In this document: positions 45,436 through 55,214 of the stretch, in pieces
How positions within the stretch are numbered: position 1 is the first letter of the stretch
Layout: every line of letters begins with the position of its first letter
NCBI GenBank assembly: GCA_947585105.1
Contig: CANPWV010000004.1
Coordinates: 358-64,357, forward strand
Direction: 5' to 3'
Length of the DNA: 64,000 nucleotides
DNA from: an uncultured Clostridia bacterium
GTDB taxonomy: Bacteria; Bacillota; Clostridia; TANB77; CAG-508
Translations under genes and position numbers: made by a program
Notes under the pieces: generated by a model
Told to the model about the DNA's origin: nothing
Databases searched by the model: none
The model's input: the letters and a program-made list of their open reading frames with translations, nothing else

Positions 45436-46532
45436 TTAAATATACTCCCTTCTAATATTAGAATTTATATACATTGGAGAAATATCATTTAATATGACCT
45501 CATCTCCAACTTTTATATCATAATCCCCAGTAATATCAATTATTCCATGGTTCATTCCTAATTTTCCAACTATATTATAATTTTTTCCTTTTATCATAAC
45601 TTTTAATGAATTTTTTATAAAAATCTTTTTAAATTCAATAAGAACTGATAAAACATTATCTTTAAAACTAAAGTTATCTCTAGCTCTTTTTAAGTTAAAT
45701 CCATCAATATAACCGAACTCCTATGATACCAAGTCTTGAATCTTTTTTTGCTTTATATTCATTACTATAACTAATATTATAACCTTTTGGAACATCTTTT
45801 ATAGTAATAATCTTTGTTTTTAAAACTCCTACTTTTTTTAATCCCAAACCATTTACTAAAACTCTTCCCTGAACACAAGATCCAAGTCTTACAAAATCTA
45901 ACCACATTTCTTTATATAACAAGAAACCGCGTAGATGAACAGCAATGGAATTTTATATTATCATTTATTTCTTTTATTTTTGGAATTAAATTTTTGAATC
46001 TATCAAATTGAAGTCTTGTCCATTTCTCATCTATAGGTTTAGAAAAATGTGTAAAACAGCCTTCTATTTGAATATTTTCAGTTGTTTTAACAGCTTTAAA
46101 AATATTTTCAAAATCATTATATAAAAATCCAAATCTAGCAAAGCCTGTATCTATCTTGACATGAGCCTTAACTACCTTTTTCAACTCTTTTGAAATATTT
46201 TCTATTTTTTCTTTTTCTTTTAGATTTCCAATTGTTAGAATAATGTCGTTTTTAATAAGTTCTTCTAATTCTTCAGAATCTCCAGTTTCAGACATAAGTA
46301 AAATATCTACGTTAATATCATTTTTTCTTAAAGTAATAGCATCTTCAGGAGTTGAGACTCCCAAAAAATTTATTCCTTGATCTATTAAAAATTTTGAATA
46401 TTCAATTAAATCAAGACCCATTCCATTTCCTTTAACAACAGCTATAATACCTGTATTACTTCCAGAAAGTTTGTCCTTTATTAAATTTAAATTATATTTC
46501 AAATCTTCTTTTTTTATCTCTAATACTCTCAA
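45436..46532 (-). CDS. Alanine-racemase-family PLP enzyme (two CGG +1 sites)
   Basis: Joins at CGG 45927-45929 (HCCSST|GFLLYKEMWLDFVRLG) and 45713-45715 (GIIGV|GYIDGFNLKR...VGKLGMNHGIIDITGDY...). PLP-lysine region AVVKGNGMG. Confidence 0.8.
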
Positions 46533-46549
46533 AAGCTTTCCTTCCTAGT

Positions 46550-47611
46550 TTATTTCATAAATTTTTTCTTTATTCCTCTTAAAGTTCTAAAAGCCTTTTC
46601 TGAAAATTTATATAATTTATATTTTATAGGTTTATATGGAAGATAAACTTCTCCAATAAACTCTACAAATCTAGCATTAAACCCTTTCTTAAATCTATAT
46701 AAACCATATTGTGGATGATTTTCGTCTACAATCCCACTTACTCCTCTAAAGTCATACATATCATCGCCTCTAGCGATTGCTTCTTTAATCATAGTCCATT
46801 GAAGTAAATAGTTTGGCATAAGATTTCTCTTAGAATTACTACTAGCTCCATATAAATACCATGTTTTATTTCCATATATAATTGGAACAATTCCAGCGAT
46901 AGGCTCTCCTTCATGATAAGCCATCATAACTTTCATGTGACCAGAAGGAACTAATTCATCATACATTTTCTCAAAATAAGAAAGTGAACGAATCAAGAAA
47001 TTATCTCTTTTTCCGGTCTCAACCATTATTCTATGAAAATCTTTTAAATCTTCTTTGTTTCCCTCTTTTATCTCAACACCTTTTTTTGTAGCAAGTCTTA
47101 TATTATATCTAGTTTTTTGTTGAAATTCACTAAAAATAGTTTCCTCACTTTTTCCTCTTAAGTCAAGTTGAAAAACAAATCTTGGTTGAATTTCATCTTT
47201 AAAATCTTTACTATCATCTTTGATTTTAAATCCTAAATCTTCTACAATCTCTCTAAACTTTTGATCATCTTTTTCTACATCCGGCTCCATTCTAAGAACA
47301 AAAGAATTATATTTTTTTGCTAAAATATCACTACCCTCTTTTAAATCTTTTAGAACAGTCTCATCATGAAGATTACAAACAGGTCCACGAGCCACATACA
47401 TAATATTCCCAAATATCGGAATTTTACGTATCCAAACACAAAGACTTCCTCTTATATTTCCATTATCATCTTCTGATAATATAACTTCTTTTTCCCATGA
47501 TGTCTTAACATTTCCCCATTCAAGAGATTGTTGAAAATTACATCTTGGATGACTTTCTAAAAACTCTTTATATCTTTTTTCGTCTTTTCCTTTTTCAAGC
47601 AATTTTACCAT
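46550..47611 (-). CDS. FemAB-family peptidoglycan interpeptide-bridge aminoacyltransferase
   Basis: Typical FemX/MurM length and blocks (FQQSLEWGNVK, YLYGASS, LMPNYLLQW). Confidence 0.85.
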   Translation of the reverse strand: MVKLLEKGKDEKRYKEFLESHPRCNFQQSLEWGNVKTSWEKEVILSEDDNGNIRGSLCVWIRKIPIFGNIMYVARGPVCNLHDETVLKDLKEGSDILAKKYNSFVLRMEPDVEKDDQKFREIVEDLGFKIKDDSKDFKDEIQPRFVFQLDLRGKSEETIFSEFQQKTRYNIRLATKKGVEIKEGNKEDLKDFHRIMVETGKRDNFLIRSLSYFEKMYDELVPSGHMKVMMAYHEGEPIAGIVPIIYGNKTWYLYGASSNSKRNLMPNYLLQWTMIKEAIARGDDMYDFRGVSGIVDENHPQYGLYRFKKGFNARFVEFIGEVYLPYKPIKYKLYKFSEKAFRTLRGIKKKFMK

Positions 47612-48984
47612 TATTCCACTACAGTTCCTTCCTTTGTATCTTTTACTGTATAGCCCTTTTTAATAAGCTCATCTCTTAATCTATCAGATTCCGCCCAGTT
47701 TTTATTACGTCTAGCTTCATTTCTCAATTTAATTAATTCTTGAACATCTTCTGGTAACTTAACTTCGTCTGGTTTATAATTAATTAAACCTAAACCTAAA
47801 ACTTCGTCAAATTTTAAAATCAATTTTTGAAAATCTTTTGATTTTACAGGATTTTTAACAACATCCCAAACAACGCTCATTGCCATAGGAAGATTTAAAT
47901 CATCATTTATAGCTTCTAAAAATCTATTTTCATAATCTTTTATAACATCTTCTGAAACTTTCTCTGTTCCTTCACTATGTTTCAAATAACCCTCTCTTAA
48001 ACGACTAAGTGCAATTTTAGCGCTATCCATAGCTTCAATTGTAAAATTAATTTGACTTCTATAATTTGAAGTAAAATTAAACATTTTATATACTAAAGGC
48101 TCATAACCCATTTTTGCTAAATCATCAATTGTATATAGATTATTTAAACTCTTTGACATTTTCTCACCATTTACAAGTAAGAAATTGCAGTGCATCCAAT
48201 AATTTACAGGTTGTTTTCCAGAAAAGCCTTTACTTTGAGCAATTTCATTTTCGTGATGAACAGGAATATGGTCAATACCGCCTGTATGAATATCAAAATG
48301 GTCTCCTAAATATTTATAACTCATTGCTGAACATTCTAAGTGCCATCCAGGGTAACATTCTCCAAAAAATGAATTCCATCTCATAATATGTTCTTTTGGA
48401 GCCTTAATCCATAAAGCAAAATCAGAAATATTCTTCTTTTTTGAATCAAACTCAACTCTAGCTCCAGCCTTTTGATCTTCAATTTTTCTGTTTGATAAAA
48501 CTCCATATTTATCAAGTTTTGAAGTATCAAAATATACTGTGTTTTCTGTTGAATAAGTATAACCATTTTCTATAATTTTTTTCACATATTCTTCCATAAC
48601 ATCAATATGTTCTGTAGCTCTAGCAATTATTTCTGGTCTATCTATATTTAATTTATCAATATCTTCCAAAAATTTTTTCATATAAAAGTCAGCAATCTCA
48701 TAAGGATCTTTATTTTCCCTACGAGCAGCCTTCATCATTTTATCTTCGCCTTCATCTTGGTCTGAAGTCATATGACCAACATCAGTTATATTCATTACAT
48801 GTTTCAATTTGTAACCATTATATTTTAAAACTCTTCTTAATGTATCCATAAAAAGATAAGCTCTTAAATTTCCAATATGAGCAAAATTATAAACTGTTGG
48901 TCCACAAGAATACATTTTAACAATATCACTATCTATTGGCTTAAACTCTTCTTTTTCTCTTGTTAAAGTATTGTAAATTTTCAT
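47611..48984 (-). CDS. cysS: Cysteine--tRNA ligase
   Basis: HIGN and KMSKS motifs. Full length. Confidence 0.95.
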   Translation of the reverse strand: MKIYNTLTREKEEFKPIDSDIVKMYSCGPTVYNFAHIGNLRAYLFMDTLRRVLKYNGYKLKHVMNITDVGHMTSDQDEGEDKMMKAARRENKDPYEIADFYMKKFLEDIDKLNIDRPEIIARATEHIDVMEEYVKKIIENGYTYSTENTVYFDTSKLDKYGVLSNRKIEDQKAGARVEFDSKKKNISDFALWIKAPKEHIMRWNSFFGECYPGWHLECSAMSYKYLGDHFDIHTGGIDHIPVHHENEIAQSKGFSGKQPVNYWMHCNFLLVNGEKMSKSLNNLYTIDDLAKMGYEPLVYKMFNFTSNYRSQINFTIEAMDSAKIALSRLREGYLKHSEGTEKVSEDVIKDYENRFLEAINDDLNLPMAMSVVWDVVKNPVKSKDFQKLILKFDEVLGLGLINYKPDEVKLPEDVQELIKLRNEARRNKNWAESDRLRDELIKKGYTVKDTKEGTVVE

Positions 48985-49010
48985 AAATATAACCTTTCTA
49001 AAATTAATAG

Positions 49011-49041
49011 AAGTTTGGAAGCATTTTTTGCTTCCAAACTT
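49011..49041 (-). terminator. Hairpin after the PBP1A gene
   Basis: AAGTTTGGAAGC-AAAAAA-TGCTTCCAAACTT. The U-tract is weak. Confidence 0.5.
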
Positions 49042-49051
49042 TATTTAGTTT

Positions 49052-51526
49052 TTAATCTTCATATTCATAGCTACTAGCTGTGTGAGGACATACGCCCGTT
49101 GGGATAGGGCTATATAATGTTCCATCTGGAATATAATATTCTGTATTCCATTTTCCATTTACTTCAACATCTGGTAATTTAGAACGAACTGTTTCAGTAT
49201 AATTTTGACAATACTCACTAGCAAGTAATCCTGTCTCTGTACAAATTCTTACGGTTTGATGTGTATCACATACAGGTGGAAGATTATTACTTGTAAATAT
49301 TTCAGAGAAAGTATCATGACAACCATCTCCAGCTAACATTCCAGAAACACTACAAACACTTCTTGTAACTATTCCACTTGGAACTTCATAATGACTTTCT
49401 GGTAAACCTTCGTGAATCTTTTTCATTACATTTGATCCAATAGTTCCAGCTGGATTAGCTGTTTTACCCCAATAAATTTCAGCGCTATATTCATAACCAA
49501 ACCATGTAGCTGAAGTATAATAATTTGTTAAAGTAATATACCATCTATCAAAACTATTATTAGTTGTTCCTGTTTTTGAAGATGTATCTTGATTTGGAAT
49601 TTTTCCATATCCAGCCGCTGTACCAAACTCAACTGTTCCTTGCATAACGTTTTTAACAATATAAGCGTTTTGTTCACTCATAACTCTTTTTGAACGCTCT
49701 TCTACTGATTTAGGCTCCATAATAGTATTTCCATTTTTATCTGTTACTTTTTGATAAAATGTAGGTTCAATATAAACTCCTCCATTAGCAATAGCTGTAT
49801 AAGCAGAAGCCATTTGAACAACAGACGCACCATTATGTAATCCACCTAAAGCCAAGTTAATTCCTGTATCTTCAGTAGCATCTTTAATTCCAACGCTTTG
49901 ACAGAATTTAGCTGAATCAGCAAACCCTGATGTCATAAGAGCTTTTATATTTGGAATATTTTGAGACTTAGCAATTGCGCTTCTCAAAGTCATCAAGCAA
50001 TTTTCATAACTATCGCCCTCATTTTTGTATGGTTTATTTCCAATAACAGTACGTGCATCCCAAAAAGCAGTAGTAGCTGTTAGTCTTCCATTTTCCAAAC
50101 CAGGTGATAAAACAGATAATGGTTTTATAGAAGAACCTGTTTGTTTTAACATATCTGTACAATAATTATAATAATTTAAATATGTTTTTGATTTTTCTTC
50201 ACCAATTCCAGCTCCACAAGCTACAATTTCACCTGTCTTTGGATCTGCTATAGCCATACAAGCCATTGAATCTTGACCTGGAGTTCCACCAGACGCACCA
50301 TTTGAAACTAAATGATAGAAATCATATCTATTCATCTCATTTTCAATCTCATTTTGAATAGAAGTTTTTTGTGATGTATAGATTTTAAAGCCTCCACCAT
50401 ATATTTTAACTTTAGCCATTTCTTCTGAAATTCCTTTTTCTTCAGCATATTGTTTAACAATTTCTTTTATTGCGGCATCTACTTGATAAGAAACTCTTGT
50501 TGTTATACTTGTATTTCCATTTGAGAATTTCAAGCCTTCATCAACTTCAGCAATAGCAGTCTTATATTCTTCATTATTAATATATCCTAATTCTTTCATT
50601 TTAGCTAAAACTGTTTTAGTTCTTTTTTCACCTTTTTCAATTCTAGCTTGTTTTCCATCATTTTCTGTAAATGGATCATAACTATTTGGTGAATTATTTA
50701 TTGCGGCCATATAAGCACATTCAGCTAAACTCAAATCTTTTACATCTTTATTGAAATAATAAACAGCGCCAAGTCCAACACCATTTACATCTTTTCCGCC
50801 AACAAATATTAAATTCAAATATAATTCTAATATTTGATCTTTTGAAAGATAATGTTCAACTTGTAAAGCTTTAACCATTTCTTTAACTTTTCTCATAGCT
50901 GTATCTTCTTTTTCTTGGGTAATATTTTTTACAACCTGTTGAGTAATTGTACTTCCACCAAAGCTTGATTTTCCACCATGAACAATATAAGTAAAAGTAG
51001 CAGCAGCTGTTCTCTTAAAATCAACACCGCTATGATCTCTAAATCTTTCATCTTCTATAGCAATATAAGCATTTGGTAGATATTTTCCCATATCTTTTAA
51101 CTTTAAGCTAACTCTTTTTTGACCGTCACTTAAAGTTCCCAATTCATTTCCATCAGCATCATAAATATAAGTATTTTCAGACTTTACAACTAATGATTTT
51201 AAATCAATTTTAAAATCATCACCTAATAAATCAAAGAAGTTAAATCCACCCCATAAAGCACCTAAAATTATACCAATAAAAATTATTATAAATAAAAAGA
51301 TTAGTACAAAAAACATCTTTATAAGTGTAGCAATTCTAGGATGTTTATCTTTAAATTTTAGCTTTTTCTTTTTTCCTTTTTTAGATTTTTTATTTTCTAA
51401 GTCAACTTTTCCAACTACTTGAGTAGCTTGTGAATTAACCTTCTTATTTCTAGCTTTTTTATTCACTTCTTCAGAACTTAATCTTGTAGTAGAACTTCTA
51501 GTTCCCTTTTCTCTTTTACCTCTCAT
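49052..51526 (-). CDS. Bifunctional penicillin-binding protein 1A (GT51 + transpeptidase)
   Basis: EDERFRDHSGVD and GGSTITQQ glycosyltransferase motifs, and the SSIKP transpeptidase motif. Confidence 0.92.
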   Translation of the reverse strand: MRGKREKGTRSSTTRLSSEEVNKKARNKKVNSQATQVVGKVDLENKKSKKGKKKKLKFKDKHPRIATLIKMFFVLIFLFIIIFIGIILGALWGGFNFFDLLGDDFKIDLKSLVVKSENTYIYDADGNELGTLSDGQKRVSLKLKDMGKYLPNAYIAIEDERFRDHSGVDFKRTAAATFTYIVHGGKSSFGGSTITQQVVKNITQEKEDTAMRKVKEMVKALQVEHYLSKDQILELYLNLIFVGGKDVNGVGLGAVYYFNKDVKDLSLAECAYMAAINNSPNSYDPFTENDGKQARIEKGEKRTKTVLAKMKELGYINNEEYKTAIAEVDEGLKFSNGNTSITTRVSYQVDAAIKEIVKQYAEEKGISEEMAKVKIYGGGFKIYTSQKTSIQNEIENEMNRYDFYHLVSNGASGGTPGQDSMACMAIADPKTGEIVACGAGIGEEKSKTYLNYYNYCTDMLKQTGSSIKPLSVLSPGLENGRLTATTAFWDARTVIGNKPYKNEGDSYENCLMTLRSAIAKSQNIPNIKALMTSGFADSAKFCQSVGIKDATEDTGINLALGGLHNGASVVQMASAYTAIANGGVYIEPTFYQKVTDKNGNTIMEPKSVEERSKRVMSEQNAYIVKNVMQGTVEFGTAAGYGKIPNQDTSSKTGTTNNSFDRWYITLTNYYTSATWFGYEYSAEIYWGKTANPAGTIGSNVMKKIHEGLPESHYEVPSGIVTRSVCSVSGMLAGDGCHDTFSEIFTSNNLPPVCDTHQTVRICTETGLLASEYCQNYTETVRSKLPDVEVNGKWNTEYYIPDGTLYSPIPTGVCPHTASSYEYED

Positions 51527-51598
51527 AATTTACCTCTCGTACTTTTAAATAAATACTATTGTATTATATCATTATATTTAATAAAGATAAAGCCTTTT

Positions 51599-52234
51599 TT
51601 ATAAATTTTTATAAAATTCACAATACTCTCTTACTGTGCATTTTTCGCAATTTGGCTTACGACTATCACAATAATTTCTTCCATGATAAACAAATAAATG
51701 ATTTACATCATAAAAATATTTTTTAGGAAAAGTTTTTATTAAATCTTGTTCTATTTTAGATGGGTCAGTCTCACTTGAAAATCCCATTTTATTAGATACT
51801 CTCTTACAATGAGTATCAACCGCAATTCCAACAGGATTATTAAAAGCTTCTAACATAATTACATTTGCACTTTTTCTTCCAACACCTGGAATCGTAATAA
51901 GTTCATCAATACTATTTGGAACTTCACCACCATATTTTTCAATTATTGTTTTTGAAGCCAAAATAGAATTTTTGGCTTTATTTTTATAAAATCCACAAGG
52001 ATGTATAATTTTTTCTATATCTTCAAGTTTAGCTTTTGACATTTTTTCAGCTGTTCCATATTTTTCAAATAATTCTGGAGTTGTTTTATTTACTCTTTCA
52101 TCTGTACACTGAGCAGACAACATAACAGCTATCATAATTTGAAAAGGAGTTTCAAAATCTAGACTACACTTTGCCTCAGGATATGTTTTCTTTAAAATTT
52201 CTACTATTTTTATCGCTTCATCTTGTTTTTTCAT
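51599..52234 (-). CDS. nth: Endonuclease III
   Basis: HhH-GPD (LITIPGVGRKSANV) and a C-terminal 4Fe-4S Cys cluster. Confidence 0.93.
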   Translation of the reverse strand: MKKQDEAIKIVEILKKTYPEAKCSLDFETPFQIMIAVMLSAQCTDERVNKTTPELFEKYGTAEKMSKAKLEDIEKIIHPCGFYKNKAKNSILASKTIIEKYGGEVPNSIDELITIPGVGRKSANVIMLEAFNNPVGIAVDTHCKRVSNKMGFSSETDPSKIEQDLIKTFPKKYFYDVNHLFVYHGRNYCDSRKPNCEKCTVREYCEFYKNL

Positions 52235-52320
52235 TTCCTATTCCGTCCTATTAAAAATATTCTTAAAGATTATATAATTATTTCTCAAAAATGTCAAAAA
52301 ATTTTCATTTACTCAAGAGA

Positions 52321-52415
52321 GTTTCAAGTGTTTACGAATGAGCAAGCGAGGATATTGGGTAGGGTCCCAATAGGCGGAGCCGTCCGAGTGGCGACACTGA
52401 GTAAATACTTGAAAC
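52321..52415 (+). ncRNA. Unclassified structured RNA / cis-regulatory leader upstream of two tiny ORFs
   Basis: A 15-bp closing stem GUUUCAAGUGUUUAC...GUAAAUACUUGAAAC encloses a GC-rich core with AUUGGG-UAGGGU-CCCAAU and GGC-GGA-GCC hairpins. It is the GC-richest stretch in the window. Confidence 0.45.
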
Positions 52416-52483
52416 TAGGCTTGAATTTTGTGTAACAGATTTATGAGAAATTAATATTATAATTGTAAGAGGAGGAAATAAAA

Positions 52484-52642
52484 ATGAAAATTTTTAGAAA
52501 AATGAAAAAATTAATAGCCGGAATTTTAATAGGTTTCGGAATAGGAATCTTACTTATTTTGTTTCTTCCTTCTCAAATCTGGCTAATTCTAATTGGAATA
52601 GGTCTAATAATAGCTGGTATAAATTTTCTATTCAAATGCTAA
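52484..52642 (+). CDS. Small hydrophobic membrane peptide (52 aa)
   Basis: GAGGAGG RBS, then MKIFRKMKKLIAGILIGFGIGILLILFLPSQIWLILIGIGLIIAGINFLFKC*. Confidence 0.5.
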   Translation: MKIFRKMKKLIAGILIGFGIGILLILFLPSQIWLILIGIGLIIAGINFLFKC

Positions 52643-52672
52643 TTTATAAAAAACGAAGGAGGAGTATTAAAA

Positions 52673-52753
52673 ATGACAGTTGTAGTAAGAAAAGCTCCAA
52701 AATGTTTCAGGGGAATCTTAAGATTTCTTTTTGGAATAAAGAAAGAGAGTTAA
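52673..52753 (+). CDS. Small cationic peptide (26 aa)
   Basis: GGAGGAG RBS, then MTVVVRKAPKCFRGILRFLFGIKKES*. Confidence 0.35.
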   Translation: MTVVVRKAPKCFRGILRFLFGIKKES

Positions 52754-52777
52754 ATGTTAACTCTCTTTCTTATTTTT
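52742..52777. terminator. Bidirectional terminator
   Basis: AGAGAGTTAA-ATG-TTAACTCTCT followed by TTCTTATTTTT. Lies between convergent transcription units. Confidence 0.7.
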
Positions 52778-52781
52778 AAAT

Positions 52782-54446
52782 TTATTTGTCTTCTTTATCG
52801 TCATCTTCTTTTTTGTCTTCGTCTATCTTTTCTTCTTTAGGCTCATTTTTTTCTTCTTGCGCTTCTTCAGTCTTTGGAGAATCGCTCTCTTCTAACTTTT
52901 TTTCTTCTTCACGCTCTTCTTTTAGTTCTTTAATTTCTTCATTTATTTCTTTTTTGATTTCTGATTTTAAATCAATGTCTTCTTCTTTAATTTCTTCTTT
53001 TGGTTCTTCTTGAACTGGAGCAACATATTCTTGTTGTACATATTCAGGCTTATTTGTTTTTTGAGCTGTTTTAATATTAGCAAGTTTTGTTATTTTTTTC
53101 TTAGATGTAAATATTACTTTGAAGATTGATCCTAAGCCTACTAGAGCAAGAACAATATTTATAACTACGTCTATTATAATGCCAACAGTTCCTATAAGTG
53201 AAATCATTTCAATTACATCAACTACAAGAGCAATTCCAACTGTAGCAAAGAAAGCTCTAACTCTTGAAACTTTTTCTGGTTTACAACTTAATCTTATAGC
53301 AAAGCTTATCATAAAGATTATCTTTCCTAAAATTGCAAATATGAATAATAAGTTCAATAAAATCATTCCATAACCAGCGCCATAACCTGTCATAAATAAT
53401 CCAATTGCAATAGCAATTATTACTAAAAATTCTAATAATCCTGTAAAGAATGATTTAAAGAAATCTCTTAGACGAAGGCTACTATTAACTTCTACAAATT
53501 TAGGGAATCCACATAATAAGAATATTGCTATTAAAACTATTATCGCAATTTCAGTTCCCTTTTCAATTAAATAAGTTATAATGCTCTCAGAAGTTGTAGT
53601 ATCATTTGAGAAATTTACTTTTTCATAATCAATTTTTCCATCAATACGAGCTTTTTCAGAAATTTCTTTTGTTTCTGATCTAGCAATTAAATCTCCTAAT
53701 ACTATAGATTTATCGCTAATTTTCAAATCTTCAGCAAAAACATATAAATCTCTTTCAATTATTGAATTTATAACAACATCTTTTCCTGATAGTCTAGCTT
53801 CTCTTAAAATAACAGCTGTGTCGAAATTAGTCTTTGAGCTTACAGCAGAATATATTGAAAATACACCTGTTTTTTCAAGAGTTAATTCATCTGACATTAC
53901 ATAAACATTTCCAAGAATAGTAGAATCTTTTATTTCAACTTTATCAGCAAATATAAATACATCTCCACCAGCAATATCAACATTATCTAATGTTACTTTT
54001 TTTGTAGACATTATAAAAATATTTCCTTCAATATATGAATTTTTATATACTAAATTTTCGTTAACATCAACTTTTACAATGTCCTCTTCTATAATTTCGT
54101 CATATTCGTCACTAGAAATTTCGTCGCTTCCAAGCTCGTTTTCAAGATCGGAGATAATATCGCTATCTTCGATTTCGTCTGAAGTTACTTCATCTCCACT
54201 TTCTGTCTCGTCTTCTAAAACAGAATCATCTACTTCATTTTTTGAATTATCTTCTGTCTCATTGTTAGCTTCATTTTCTACCTTATTAGATACTTCATTT
54301 TTTACTTCATTATTAACAGAATTTGTAACTTTATTTTCAGAAACTATGACATTATCGCTTTTTTCGTTGGTTGCGAAAATACTATTTCCAACAAATAAAA
54401 TTAATATTGAAATAACTATGGCAGTAAAATATTTTTTTAATTTCAT
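52782..54446 (-). CDS. Membrane protein with an acidic N-terminal region, bactofilin-like beta-helical repeats, multiple TM segments and a K/E-rich tail
   Basis: 554-aa ORF with a signal/TM N-terminus, repeats such as GNIFIMS..GDVFIFA..GNVYVMS, and hydrophobic C-terminal blocks. Confidence 0.55.
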   Translation of the reverse strand: MKLKKYFTAIVISILILFVGNSIFATNEKSDNVIVSENKVTNSVNNEVKNEVSNKVENEANNETEDNSKNEVDDSVLEDETESGDEVTSDEIEDSDIISDLENELGSDEISSDEYDEIIEEDIVKVDVNENLVYKNSYIEGNIFIMSTKKVTLDNVDIAGGDVFIFADKVEIKDSTILGNVYVMSDELTLEKTGVFSIYSAVSSKTNFDTAVILREARLSGKDVVINSIIERDLYVFAEDLKISDKSIVLGDLIARSETKEISEKARIDGKIDYEKVNFSNDTTTSESIITYLIEKGTEIAIIVLIAIFLLCGFPKFVEVNSSLRLRDFFKSFFTGLLEFLVIIAIAIGLFMTGYGAGYGMILLNLLFIFAILGKIIFMISFAIRLSCKPEKVSRVRAFFATVGIALVVDVIEMISLIGTVGIIIDVVINIVLALVGLGSIFKVIFTSKKKITKLANIKTAQKTNKPEYVQQEYVAPVQEEPKEEIKEEDIDLKSEIKKEINEEIKELKEEREEEKKLEESDSPKTEEAQEEKNEPKEEKIDEDKKEDDDKEDK

Positions 54447-54493
54447 TTTTCTTCCCCCTTAATTTTAAATTTATATTAAAGTTTAAATAAACT

Positions 54494-55163
54494 TTATAGG
54501 CTATCTTTTAATCTGTTTATAGCAATTTTAGGATCATCTGAATTTAATATATAACTTCCAGAAACTAAAATATTTGCTCCAGCTTCTATAACATCTTTGG
54601 CTGTTTTCTCATTTATTCCACCATCAACTTCAATGTCTAAATCTAAATCATTTTCATCTAAATATTTTTTTAAACTTCTTACTTTATCAACTGTTTTAGG
54701 AATTAGTTCTTGTCCACCAAGACCAGCCCAAACAGTCATAACCAAAACCATATGAATATATGGTAAAAATTCTTTTATTTCATCTATCTCTGTTCCAGGA
54801 TTTATAGCAATTCCTACTCTTACACCGTTTTCTTTCAAGTCATTAATCATATTAAAAATTCGTTTATTATCACCTTTTACAGGTTCAAATTGAAAACTTA
54901 AAATTCTTGGTTTTAAAGGAATATATTCATCAATAAATTTTTCTGGATTATTTACCATCAAATGAACATCTATTCCAAGTCCGAGAAATCTGACTAATTG
55001 TTGTAGAATATTCTAACATTCTTTTTGATGTATCATTTTCTACAAATTCACCGTCCATAACATCAATGTGAAAATAATCTGTTTTTGATGATTCTAAATT
55101 ATAAATTGAATGTATATAATCTTCTTCTGACAAGCTTAGAAGAGATGTAGAAACTTCTATCAT
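54494..55163 (-). CDS. rpe: Ribulose-phosphate 3-epimerase (one CGG +1 site)
   Basis: ORFs join at CGG 54981-54983, giving TISQIS|GLGIDVHLMVNNPEKFI. The start is ATG 55163 after GGAGGAAAAT. Confidence 0.9.
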
Positions 55164-55214
55164 ATTTTCCTCCAATATATTTTACTTAGGAGATTTTAAT
55201 AAATCTCCCAAGTT

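Noticed and set aside
52321-52415. Guanidine-I (ykkC) riboswitch assignment
   Set aside because: Only UAGGGU and GUCCGAG-like fragments resemble the consensus. The ACGGCGGG...GCCCGGGAGA 3' hairpin is absent.
52223-52435. 70-aa plus-strand ORF
   Set aside because: It overlaps the nth start and the structured GC-rich RNA element and has no RBS. The real plus-strand coding potential is the two RBS-equipped tiny ORFs downstream.
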